From the NCBI GenBank assembly GCA_013265495.1, contig MU057781.1:1302001-1366000 (forward strand): a stretch of 64,000 nucleotides of DNA, in the 5' to 3' direction. The notes beneath the pieces were generated by a model that worked only from the letters and a program-made list of their open reading frames with translations, was not told the origin of the DNA and searched no databases. The stretch is from Vicugna vicugna (taxonomy: Eukaryota). A program made the translations under genes and the position numbers. This document shows, one piece after another, positions 11,843 to 23,740 of the stretch (positions are counted from its first letter, which is position 1; every line of letters starts with the position of its first letter).

Positions 11843-12245
11843 GAGCCACTCGCCCGGCAGGGAGTGGACCTCAGCCTCCGATCCCCAGGGCGTCTCACTC
11901 ACCTGCAGGGCGTCTGGGAGACCGCGGGGCTGGGCACCGGCACTGAGACAGATGTGTATACGTGTGCAGGGGCCGTGAGCGGGGAGCGTGTGCTCACCTC
12001 GCAGGACGGCCCGCGGGCCCCGCCCCCACCTCCCCGCAGGACAGCGAGGCTGCCCTGTTCCAGGACCCACATGTCTCCAGGAGCCCGTAGGCCCCTGTGC
12101 AGGGTGGCGTCTGCCCCGAGAACCCTGGGGCTCCTCCCAGTCTCCCTCCCTCTCACCATTGAGGTGTCCCCGAAGGACGCGAAGCATGGCGGCTGGGACC
12201 TGGGGAGGCGTGCCGCGGTGGGCTCACTGGCCCTCTTCCCCCCAG

Positions 12246-12391
12246 GTGGGCATCGTGCTGCACTACTCCACGCTGTCCACCATGCTGTGGATTGGAGTCA
12301 CCGCCAGGAACATCTACAAGCAGGTGACCAAGAAGGCCCCCCTGTGCCCGGGGACAGACCAGCCACCGTACCCCAAGCAGCCCCTGCTCAG
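12246..12391 (+). CDS. ADGRA1: ADGRA1 coding exon 4 (146 nt): TM3 and ICL2
   Basis: ttccccccag|GTGGGC...CTCAG|gtaccg; [48 protein letters not shown](R). Confidence 0.97.
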
Positions 12392-14619
12392 GTACCGAGC
12401 ACACGTGCCTGGCCACCTCCGGCTACTAGAGCCCCCGGCCCTAGACCTCCTTCCAGGGGTCTCGGCAAACTGGCCACGAGGATACTTGGGGCCCGAGGAT
12501 GACCCGATGGCCCAGGTGGCAGGGGTTGGGGTGGGGCGCTGTGTTGGGGTGGGTGCCCAGGGACGGGGTGCAGGGGCAGTGCAGGCAGGCCTGCGTCTGT
12601 CTGCATGCTGGGCGTGCCCTCCTGTGTGCTGAGCTGCCGCTGGGAGACCCCTGCGCCCTCTGTGGGTGGGCGCGCATGGAGACGGCTCTGTGGTGGGTCA
12701 GCACCCTGGTCTTGGCTTCGGCTCATTCATGGGTCTTGGAGACCTAAGAGGGAGCCAAGTCACCCTCACCTGCTGGTCTCAAGGTGACCAAGCAGCCTGG
12801 GCCTTTTGGCCAGTGGCAGGCGGATTTGGAAAGGAGCCCCCACTCCAGCCAGCCGTCCCCATTGCTTCCTCGGGCCAGGAGGGTTCGAGGTGGATGTGGC
12901 AGGAACGGACCTGGGGCTGGCGGGAGCCGGAGACCTCCTCCCAGAGCCCCGAGCCCGGGAAAGCCTGGGGGCTCAGTCTGTCCGGGGCTCAGTCTGTCCG
13001 GGCCACAGCAGGAGGCCGTCTCACTCCCCGTCCAGGAGCAATCTCGGCTCCTGGAGACAAGGTTGTGCTTGCCCCCGTCACCGGGCGGCTGTCCTCACAG
13101 TCAGTGTTCCGCTGGCTCTACCCTGCCACTTTCTGAACCAAGACTGAATCCAAATTGGCCATTGGCAAGAGCCCGGCTCCCATGGGCCTGCGTGGCCCTG
13201 AGCCTGGGCACCAGCTGCTCAAAGCCGTCTGACCTGCCACCGTCTCCAGGGCATCACCTGAGCTCAAAGAGCGCGAGCCACTGGCTGGGCTTCCCCAGAG
13301 CGACGGCTCGTGGTGGCTCACGCCTCGGCCAGAGGCTGCCCTGGACGCTGGCCGGGGCGGGGGGACTTGGGTGTTTGGGAAACTTTCACCAGGGATCCCG
13401 AGACGGCCCCACGCGGGTGGTCCCCGTGAGGGGCAGCTGCTGCCAATGTGAGGCAGTGGCCTGTGCGAGGGGTTGGGGACGCCCAGCTCCTCAGACCGAG
13501 CTCTGTCTGGCTTTGAAACCGAAGGGCCGTCGGCCAGGCCTAGGCAGGCCCGCAGCCCAGCAGAAGCCCGTTCGGAGGCAGATGAAACAGCGTCCTGTGT
13601 TGCTTACGTAACAGGACCCTTGCCCCAAGGTTTCCAGCACAACCTGGTTCTCAGATGGAGCAGACGCCCCGACAGCCGGGCCGTCGGTGCTCCCGCAGGG
13701 ACTCCGGCCAGGGCGGGGGTTCATCACCTCGCTCCTCCTGCTCAGGAGGCCCCAGGTCCCCTGGGCTAAAAATCAGTCTCAAAATGGTTTGGGGCCTGAA
13801 ATTGATTGAAGAGTTGCCCGGCCTTTTGAAGAGTGGGGCGGAGCACACTGTTTTCTCTCTGGCGGCTTCAAAAGGCATGTAACCCAGCCAGACGCCAGGG
13901 GCCACAGGGCTCAGGGTGGGGGGCTGGCCCGGGCCCGTCAAACTCGCTGCTCCTCTCAGTGCTGCCTGGAGACCAGCCCCGAACCCACGTCCCCTTCCTT
14001 TGGTACAAGAAGCCTTAACACTAGGGTGTGTCCACATGGTGCTCGGCCCCCACCCGTCTGGGCAGGCACACCCCCCACAGGTGCACATGGGGGTGGCGGA
14101 GTTGGAGGTGGCGAGTGGAGGGGCAGTGGGGGGTGGTCCACTGCAGACCTGCTCCCCTGCTGCTCTCTCTGGTCCGGCCCGGCCTGGGGCTGGCAGCCTA
14201 TGTGATGAGCTGGGCCTTCTCGGGGAGACCAGAGGCTGACTGTGGGGACCCCAAGGACTGGAGACTTTCCTCCCAGGCCCCGGGGCGCTCATGAGCTGCC
14301 CTCCACACTCCGGGCCCTGAAGTCGTTCTCAACCCAGAAGCACCCTTATCAGTGGGGCCCTCCCGCCGCCCAACCACGGGCACCCTTTTTTCTGCCTCCC
14401 TGACCCCGCTCCCAGTGCTGGGAAGTCCCTGTGCATCACCAGCACCACCTCCTGCCAGGGTGTCGTGGGGAGCCGGCCAGCAGGTCGCCACACGTGTCCG
14501 GAGCCCCGAGGAGGGCCTGGTGGTGCGGGCAGCGGCCAGAGCCCCCAGCCCCGCTCTGCAGTTTCCCAAAGAGAAACAAAAAGATATCAGCTGTGAAATC
14601 CCACATGAGTATTAAACTT

Positions 14620-15790
14620 GCTTTCTCCATTTCTGCAGAGACAGTCCTTGAATTCTGACAGGGATCACGCCGAGTCTGTAGGGCACATCAGGAGGTGCCG
14701 CCTTCTAATGCCAGTAACAGGATCTAGTCCGTAAACGCAGTCTTCTTTGACTCTTCCTGAGAGTGCTTTCCAATTTTCAGGGCGCACGTCTGTGCTCCGC
14801 GGCCAAACGCTTCCCTGAGTAGTTCCTCTGCTCTTGTAAACGGGACTGCTCCCTTCGCTTTGCGCTCAGGCTGAGCACTGCCTACGTGCAGAGACACCGC
14901 TGGTCTTGTGTGTTGCGCATGTCTTGCGACTTTGCTGGAATGGCTTCCAGGTCCGGCGGCGTCCTCGTGGATCGTATGCGCGTCGTGTCGTCGGCGTGGC
15001 GGGCGTTTTATTGCTTGGTTTCCGGTTCCGATTCCCCCACTCCCTGTCTTGCCTAGCTGCTCTGGCTGGAACTCCCAGGCTGCACTGGCCTGCTCTCCTT
15101 TTTCTTAGTCTAGCTAATGGTCGGCCAGTTCTGTTGGTCCTTTTAAAAGAACCGTCCGATTCCATCGATTTTCTGTATTTCCTTATCTCTCTGTTTTGAA
15201 ATAGGGGCCCTGTATTGAGCACAGACTGCCAGGCTGTCTGCTAAAGGGTCGGTGTGTGTTTCACAATTATTCTCCATTTGTTTAGAACAGAAAATGCGTC
15301 CAACACAGTCAGTTCCATGATACCTCGTAGCTCGCAGAGCGCTCCCACACGCGTTAGCGGGAACGTGGCTGGTTCCACTTTACAAACAAGGGCGCTGAGG
15401 CGTGAGGGGTCCAGGTTGTCCCAGTTTGGGCGTCGGCAGCTCGTTAGTAAAATCTCCTCCGTTGTGTCATCTTTGCTCTGTCTCTGTTCCTTCCTTCCCT
15501 CTGCTGTTTCGAGCTCAGTGTGTTCCTCGCAGCGTGAAGCCAGACTCCACGTCTGAGGCCCTTCTGCTGTGACTGCGGAGGCCCCGGCCCCGGGTTTCCC
15601 TCTGGCACCGCCTCCGCCGACCCGGAGGCTGTGGTGTCTCGTGGGCTCTTCCTTCGCCTCAAGGCCCTTTCTGACCGTCCTTGCGGTTTCTCCTTCCGCC
15701 TGCTGGGTACACGTGCGTGCGCTGTTTATCTACCTCAGATTATTCGGTTTCCAGGGGAAAGTAAGACTCCGCAGAATTGTGCTGGAAGCC
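14620..15790 (-). mobile_element. Old, degraded L1 ORF2 fragment
   Basis: Minus ORF 14866-15222 has KYRKSMESDGSFKRTNRTGRPLARLRKRR, resembling L1 ORF2 [23 protein letters not shown]; edges approximate. Confidence 0.6.
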
Positions 15791-18114
15791 TTCGTGACAG
15801 CTGGATGAGGAAACTCCAGCCTCACGGAAAGGGCCACGTGGCTGAGGGGGGAGAGCTCGGTTCCAGGGAAGGGAAACACACAGAGCTTCGTCCCTGCCCA
15901 CATTTAGGAAGCTCTGAGGGCAGGGCCAGGAGCCAGGGAGGCTGGAGAGGGGGCGGGCGACTCCGCAGGTCCTGCTGTGTGGCTGCCCGGCCAGGTCTGC
16001 TTTCCCTGTGTGAGGAATGGAACAGGCGTGGAGTGTGGCCAGGCCCTGCGGGGTCACCTTGATTCAGGCCCCGGGCCAGGCCCAGGCATCACCGAGCAGA
16101 GCTCCCCCCTCAAGGCTGTGAGGTGACTGTGAACTGGGCCCCTGGCCCGCCGGTGCTGCCCTGGGGCCTCCTGCTGGGGCAGCACCTCCTGGAGCCGACA
16201 AGGAGCCTCTGAAGTGGGAATCTGCGGGCAGGACAGACGCGGAGCCTCAGCTGGGCCCGGGGTTCTCGGCAGCAGGACCACCTGGCTCTCCCCAGCTGGG
16301 GAGGCCCAGCCTGGGGAACCAGCACGCGGGCACACAGGCGGCATCGTCATGGGCTCAGGGAGAGAGGAAGAGAGAGCAGAGCGGGCGCCCAGGGGAGCCG
16401 CCCAGGGAGGGGGCCAGACTGTACGTGGACCCAGGCCAGGAGCCCCGTCCGGCTCCCACCACCAGGTCTCCCTGAGCCAGGACACAACTCCTTCAGCCCA
16501 TCGTGGGGTCCTCTGGCACACCGCGACCTGGAGGGACTCCGTGCAGAGCCTCCCGTCCCACCACACCGTCCAGTGTCCACGCAGCCTTGGTCCAGCCTTC
16601 GTGCCCCGTGGTGCTGGTGCCGCCTCCCGAGGTCCCAGCACGACCAGCAGCGTGTCCACAGGGACGTGAAACCACACCCGAGCCCCGGCGTGTCCTGCTC
16701 GTTCACGCTGAAACCACAGGTAGATAAGTGGCTGTGACTCCGTGAATGTCGTCTACTTCGGCCTTGGGTGAACGCGCTCAGAGCCCGTATGGGCGGGAGA
16801 GGTCTGATCCAGCTCCGCTCTGACACGAGGGGCCAGAGGCTCAGTGTCGCCGTGGGAGGCCTGGGTCTCCCCGCCCCGTCCGGGCTCCCGTGGCTCAGCA
16901 CAGAAGCGGAGGCTCCGTGCCTGCGGTTGAACAGGACCCGCACGGGGCCCACGGTGGGAGAAGACACGCCGGGCCGCATCCGGGAGGATCAGGGCGTGCA
17001 AAGTGGGGAGGGGGTTCTCAGAAGGCAGATGCCGTGAGGGTCATGAAGCCCCCACCCCAGAGGACACGTGGACGAGGCTGCGGAGAAGGCATGCTGTGCT
17101 CACTGTCAGGGTCACTGTGCCACAAGGGGCACTGGCAGGGCCCTCCTGGGGCCGCCATGGGGTCGAGGGGTGTTGGCTCCAGGGAGCTTCACTGGGGTTG
17201 GAAAGCCAGCTCAGCAGCAGGAACAAGTGGCGGACGGAGCCCAGGGCGGGGTTTGCCGGTCAGGGTGTGAGCCACACTTCGGAGGCTGAGAGGGTGCGGG
17301 GGCGCCCAGCAGGACCCCAGATGGAGGAGTCTTCACGCAGGACGACCACACCGAGCTGGCTCCTTCCTCCAGGAGCAAAACGCACTGGGACTTCTGTCCA
17401 GGGAGCCAGGTGGAACTCTGTCAGGTTGGCCCCGGGGACTGGCCACGTGGCTGCCCCCACAGCCCAAGCACCGCAGCAGCTGAGCTCCCAGCCCCACACA
17501 CAGAGCAGCTGTGTCAGTCAGTGAGGTGGGGACACACTGGGAGCCGGGTCCCCACGCCACACGTCCAGGAGCAGAGCGGGCCGGCGGTCAGCACTCTCGC
17601 CCGTGGAGGGGGCGCCGTCCAGGACAAGCTCCCCAGCTCTCGACACGTGTCCGACTGTTTGGGTGAGAGAAGAGGGAGAAAAGCTGGAGAGAAAGAGACC
17701 GGAGGTTCCGAGACACTGAGGGAGACAGCAGGGCCGGGATCCCCGTGCAGAGGGACCGGGAGCCTCAGCGCGGCCACCCTGAGGGCCATCACGGCGAGGA
17801 GGACTGGGCGCTGAAATGCCACGACCATCTGTCCCCTCAAGCCCTGGTCAAGCTCTCTCTGTCCTTGTCCCCGTCTGCCTGCCTGTGTCATCACCACGCA
17901 AGGTGCTGTGTACGATTTGGTGATCACAGGTCCCCAAGCCCAGCCATTCGCAGGTCGTCCAGTCCACGCTGGGGTGTGGCTGGCCCGCCGTGCAGGGCGC
18001 GCAGGACTGTGGTCCCCAGTGGACGGGACAGGCAGCTCCCCAGCTGCCCCGCTGGCCAGTCCCCTTCAGCCGAGGCCTCTGAGTGGACATGTCTCTCCAC
18101 TTCGCCCTCATTAA

Positions 18115-18412
18115 TGTCTTAGTCCATTTGGGTGAGGAAAACAAAACAACACAGGTCAGTGGCTTAAAGAGCAGACACTTACTTCCCACAGTCTGGAGGC
18201 TGGATGTCCAGGAAAAAGTCACCAGCAAATTCGGTGTCTGGTGGGGACCAGTGTCCTGGCTCCTTGATGACCGTCTTCTTGCTGTATCCTCACAGGACAG
18301 GGAGCCGGGGGACTGCGGGTCTCCTTGAAGACCCCACTCCCATGCGTGAGGCTCCACCCTCATGACCAAGGCCCATCCTGGCACCATCGCCCCGGGGTTA
18401 GGATTTCAGCAC
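18115..18412 (-). mobile_element. MaLR LTR (MLT1A-like)
   Basis: tgtcttagtccatttggg...acagtctggaggctgg...ttcggtgtctggtggggacc...gggttaggatttcagcac follows the recalled MLT1A consensus in reverse. Confidence 0.75.
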
Positions 18413-20299
18413 GGTCGTCGGATCCGCAGGAGTCAGCCAAAGTGGACCCACCTCAGAATCAGAACTTCTTGCTCGATTTTAAGATGCTCAGGGGGCTAAC
18501 CCCCAGTTCAGCTGCACATAATTGCAGCCTCATTTCTCGGTCTGTTCTGCCCTTTCTGATAAGTGCACCTAGATGGCTTCCCGTTACTTATGGTTGGCTG
18601 GTGGGTTTTACCTGAAGAAGCCGTTGGCACTGAGGTGCCCACATCCTGGCGGTTCGTCCTTTTGTCCCCCACACAGTGGATGCCCACTCTGGACAGCCTG
18701 CGGGTGGAGGCATAGTTCCCTGGGGTCCCTCTGCCTGGATCCCTCCTCGGGCAGCAGAAGTTCTGAAGACAGGCACCACCTGGGTCGTGCTCGGCCAAGC
18801 CCTGGGCTAGCGGCTCCACTCAGCCCCTCCGGTGCAACGGCGGGAGGGGTCCAGCCTGACGCCCGTGTCCCCAGAGGCCCTGGGAGGCCACACCCAGGAG
18901 CTGGCGTCCTGCTCTCAGACTGGCCGAGGAACACAGGAGCCCTTTCCAGGTAAAAGTGAGCGCACAGCCCCATGTGCTGGCTCCTGTCCCTGAGTGAGTC
19001 CTGGCCAATGTGCTGCTGCGTTTCAATGCATCCTGGTGGTCGTGAAGCATCCCAGTTACGTTTTCCCCTCAGGGCACACTCTGAACAGACCATCTGCTCG
19101 TCATGGTCAGTGCTCAGACGCCCCTCACGCTCGCGTGGCCCCGGGGTCTCTGTCCACCAGCTTTCCTCCAGGCATCAAATCCCCGATGGTTATTACCTCC
19201 CTCCATCCACCCTGGTCAGTGCAAGCTGGACACGAGAGGCCGTGTTCCACGCACGTCAGTGACTCTGAAAGCCAGCTACTCGGGCAGGGGTTTAGCTGCT
19301 CCTTCATCGAAGCTGAAGCCATCAGCCTGATCTCTAGGGTTTCAGGAGCCGGATCAGCACGAAGGATGCTGCCTGGACCGGGAGGACGGCATCGCCCTGG
19401 AGGATCCTGGCCTGACAGGCGGGCCCGGGCAGGTGCCCTGGATCACTGCTGCCCGCGTCTGCACGTGACGTTCCCTTTGCCCCCTGGGCTGCGCCAGCCA
19501 TGTGTCCACCCCTGGATGCCGGCTTCCTGTGACAAACAGTCTCAGTGCGGGGGTCTCAGTGCAGGGGCTCCGGATGACCCGACTGGTCAGACTTCAGAAG
19601 AGGGCCTGGACCCTGCCCCACCCCCGCCATCCATGATGACCCTCACCTCTGGCAGGGAGGTCACCACAGGGCCCTCCTGGGTGCTCGGTGGCAGACGGGG
19701 GAGGGGCTCCAGAGCGGACAGAAACGGCCGAGGGCAGGGCTAAACCAGGTGCAGGCAGGCTGGTCCTCAGGGGCCCCAGGGTGGGGTCCGCTTCTGTGTC
19801 TTTCCAGCTTCTCGAGGCGGCCCCTCCAACCCGGGGTTACAACCTCATTGGAGTGGGTGGGGCTGGAGTTGGCTGGTGATGGGTGGGGCGGGCCCCCAGC
19901 CACTGGACGAGCTGCGGCTGCTGCAGGAGGGTCCTTGCTGGGGCCGGCAAAGGCCGACACTGGCCCGGGCAGGGCTCCACGGACTGCAAGTCCTGCTCGT
20001 CCGCACCGCGGATAGCGGCAGCAGCAAGAAGTTTCCTGCGGCGGCCTCCAGCGCCCTCTGCTGGCCGAGCCCGCACCGCAGCCAGGGAGCCGGCTCGCCC
20101 CTGTCCCCCAGGAGTGGACGGGGAGGGGGAGCAGCTCTGAGGGGCCTGATGAAGCTCCCCGCAGAGGAAGAGCCGCCCAGCGGCCCGAGGGGGCCTGGGC
20201 GGAGGTGGTGGAGAGGCTGAGACAGCTTCACCTGCAGGTCTCGAGGGCGCCATCTGGCTCGGACTATGCCGGGGGGTGGAGGAGCCGCACAGTCCGGGA

Positions 20300-20540
20300 C
20301 TATCCTTAAACAGTTATATATATTTTAGAGAAATTAAGAGAAAACAAAACCTTCTATATTTACCCCAGTATTTAGTGTTTCTGAGGTTTTCATACGTCCA
20401 GGTTTCTGTCCAGTACAACACCCCTTCAGCCTGAAGGTTTCATTTGGCGTTTCTTGACGTGAAGGCCAGCTGACAATCCTCTTGGTTTTAACTTTGTCCA
20501 AATGTGTGTTTCTCCTTCAGTCGGAAGGATGCGCCCGCTG
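20300..20540 (-). mobile_element. Old L1 fragment
   Basis: AT-rich island; cccttcagcctgaaggtttcatttggcgtttcttg resembles antisense L1M sequence. Confidence 0.45.
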
Positions 20541-21759
20541 CATACAGAATTCAGGGAGGCACAGTGTCCCCTGTGAGTGACCCTATGCAGGGTCATTCCA
20601 CTCCCACCCGTGGCCCTGGACCCCACTGGGGACACGACACCGTCACACTGATTTGGGTGTTTGCAAACCCCGGAAAACCACTCCCATCTCTAGGGGGTGG
20701 TCTCTGAGCTGACCCCTCAGTCCTGCCCCAGAGGCCGCACATCACGCACCACCCCCACCCTAAGTGACAAGGAGCTGCATGGCCAGGTGCCTGTGATGTC
20801 CTCACACGCCAGCATCCCACATCAGTGGTCAGGCCCTCAGATGGCCGTGGCTGGAGCTGCTGGCCCTGCAGACCGGAAAGCCAGCTCACAACTGGGGTGG
20901 GGCCAGCTTCCATCCATGAACTGCTGCCCTCCTGGGGACGGGTCAGATGCCAGAACTTACCCCCAGGCAGCTGGGACGCTGGGCTCCCAGGCAGCACAAA
21001 AGCTCCAGGGCCGACGAGCAGCCGGGACAGCCCCTGTAGTTCCTCTCTCCAAGGTTACCAGGCTGACTGGCCTCCACAGGCACTGGCTGGTCTCCGGGGG
21101 CCAGCAACCTGCTGCAGCAGGTGTGAGCTGGGCTGCAGCTGGAGGCAGCTCCAGAGGGAATGCCGCCGAGAGCCCCCGCAACCGGGGGATGAGCACGTCT
21201 GCCTGAGGGGCCTGGGCAGCTGACCACAGTATCCCCTACAGTCCCGCCCTGTCCACTACGGTCCCACTGCCACTCAGGGGCTTCATGTTTTTCTGGCCAT
21301 TTCTGCTGCATGAACGAGAGCAAGCATTGCCCCCCACCCCGCCAAGGTGCTGGGCCTGGCCAAGGCCATCTCTGTCCCTGAGCACAGCAGACAGCGAGCA
21401 GGGGTGGGGGGCATGGGGGAGGCAGTGAGAGGATGTGGGGGCTGGGCGTGGGGATGGGCAACGGGGGGATGTGGAGGACACGGGGGAGGCAGGAAGGAAT
21501 GCGGGGCGTGGGGGATGCAGGATATGTTGGGGGAACAGGGGACATTATGGGACTTGGGGGGAGGCACGGAGGGATGTGGGGCACGGGGAAGGCCAGGTCA
21601 GGCCGGGTCCGGCAGCAGCTCCTCGGTCAGGTTGGACCGGTGCTGCCCAGACAGCTGCTCGGCCAGGACACTTGGGCCTCGCCCCTCCTTGGCCTGGAGG
21701 AGGGCGGCGGTCCTGGGGGGTGCGGGTGGGTCCTGGCAGTGAGTGGCCCCACCCCGCAG

Positions 21760-21858
21760 GCTCTACCTCATCAGTGGAGGGGCTCCTTCCATCATCTGCG
21801 GCGTCACGGCCGCCACGAGCATCAGGAACTACGGGACGGAGGGCGTGGATGCTGCATA
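21760..21858 (+). CDS. ADGRA1: ADGRA1 coding exon 5 (99 nt): TM4 and ECL2
   Basis: ccccgcag|GCTCTAC...GCATA|gtgagt; (R)[32 protein letters not shown](Y). Confidence 0.95.
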
Positions 21859-22438
21859 GTGAGTACCAGGCTCTGAGCAGGACGGGGTCCTTTGTCTCCA
21901 CGGCCCTGCTCAGGCCGCTCCTGCCTTGAGGCCACCTGGTGGCTGTGGCTGTGCCTGACGGTGACATCCTTGGGTGTCTCGGGCCCCAGGGGCCAGGTCC
22001 CCATTGGGCTCTCTCCCTGCAGTGTCCCTCCTGCCCTTCAGAGCAGAGCCTCCTCGGGCGGCCGGCCCCCGAGCTGCATGAGCACAGCTCTCGCAGGCCC
22101 CGTGACACTGGCTGAGCCCCCCGCATACCTCCCTCAGCTGCCCTGCTCCCTCGGGGGCTCCCCCTTCCCAGGCCCAGCACGGGGTGCCCCATCTGTCCAG
22201 CTGAGGACGGGGAAAGGCAGTCGACCCGAGAGAGCCAACAGCACCAGAGAGAGGCAGACAGGCAGCTCGCAACCAGGCCCGGCTCCTGCCTGCGCCCCCC
22301 CACATCCCTAAACACCATCCACGCCGTCTCAGGGCCGTGTCTGTGTTCCCTCATCGCACGGTTACCCTCCCTGTGGGAAACACCCTGGTCCCGTGAGCCC
22401 AGGGAGACCTCTGGCCCGAGCTGGCACGCTGCCCCATG

Positions 22439-22526
22439 TGGCCCCTCGCTGCCCCCTCGCTGGCCCCTCACTGCCCCTTCTCTGGCCCCTCGCTGGCCCC
22501 TCGCTGGCCCCTCACTGACCCGCTCT
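22439..22526. repeat. 11-bp tandem repeat (TGGCCCCTCRC), 7 units plus a degenerate one, abutting the last ADGRA1 acceptor
   Basis: Units start at 22439, 22450, 22461, 22472, 22483, 22494, 22505 and 22516. Confidence 0.9.
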
Positions 22527-22536
22527 CCTCCCACAG

Positions 22537-23740
22537 CTGCTGGATGGCCTGGGAGCCCAGCCTGGGCGCTTTCTACGGGCCGGCGGCCTTCATCGTCCTG
22601 GTCACCTGCGTGTACTTCCTCGGCACCTACGTCCAGCTGCGGCGCCACCCAGAGCGCAGATACGAGCTCCGGGAGCGGGCGGAGGAGCAGCAGCGGCTGG
22701 CGGGGCCAGAGGTGGCCCAGAGCCCCGGGGCCCCGCCTGGCTCGCCGCCTGCCCGCGCCACCCTGGCCGCCTCGCTGCTGCAGAACGAGCACTCGTTCAA
22801 GGCCCAGCTGCGGGCCGCCGCCTTCACGCTGTTCCTGTTCGTGGCCACGTGGACCTTCGGGGCGCTGGCCGTGTCGCAAGGCCACTTCCTGGACATGATC
22901 TTCAGCTGTCTGTATGGCGCCTTCTGCGTGACTCTGGGGCTGTTCGTGCTCATCCACCACTGTGCCAAGCGGGACGATGTGTGGCACTGCTGGTGGTCCT
23001 GCTGCCCCTCCCGCAGGGACCCTCACGCAGCAAAGCTCGGCACCCGCCCCGCACTTGACGCCAACGGGGACGTGCTGGGCCACGCGGCCTGCCTGCCGGA
23101 CTCGCCGTGCCCTGGCAAGCCACTTGGCTTCGGCCACCCCCAGGCCAGCCACTGCAAGATGACCAACCTGCAGGCCACCCAAAGCCATGTCAGCTGCCTG
23201 TCTCCGGCCACACCCTGCTGCGCCAAGATGCACTGCGAGCAGCTGATGGAGGACACGGGCCATATCCACGTGCACGAGGAGGATGCCTTCGGGCACGACT
23301 CGCACCTGCACAGGTGCCCCCAGGGCAGAACTAAGCCACACTACTTCAGCCAGCACCAGGCAGCCGAGCAGGAGTATGCCTACCACATCCCGTCCAGCCT
23401 GGACGGCAGCCCCCGCAGCTCCCGCACGGACAGTCCCCCCAGCTCGCTCGAGGGCCCAGTGGGGCCCCACTCACTGGCCTGCTGCGCCCAAGGGGACCCC
23501 TTCCCCTTGGTCACCCAGCCCGAGGGTGGCGACACCAGCCCCGTGGCCTATGGCTGCCCCCCGCGGCTGGGCAGGGAGGTGGCCCATGGCCCTGGTCACT
23601 TCGAGATGCTCCGGAGGACGCAGTCCCTGCCCTTCAGCGGCCCTGGCCAGAATGGGCTGGTCAAGGGGGACATGCCTTACGGCTCCGACAGCACCGGCAA
23701 CATCCGCACGGGGCCCTGGAGGAACGAGACCACGGTGTAG
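22537..23740 (+). CDS. ADGRA1: ADGRA1 last coding exon: TM5-TM7 and long C-tail ending ETTV
   Basis: ctcccacag|CTGCTGGATG; (Y)[15 protein letters not shown]...[12 protein letters not shown]; class I PDZ-binding motif; summed CDS 1704 nt = 567 aa plus stop. Confidence 0.98.

Noticed and set aside
12968-12999. 16-bp direct duplication GGGGCTCAGTCTGTCC x2
   Set aside because: Simple slippage duplication in an intron with no functional context. The TCTTGGG triplication at about 49045-49085 inside L1 was set aside for the same reason.
20244-20262. CTCF-like motif (GAGCCAGATGGCGCCC on the minus strand)
   Set aside because: Two mismatches in the CC core positions, and such partial matches are common at this GC content.
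21545-23470. 641-aa minus-strand ORF, the longest in the track
   Set aside because: It is in exact antisense codon register with the GC-rich ADGRA1 last exon, a typical shadow ORF. It is G/A/R-rich with no recognisable domain.
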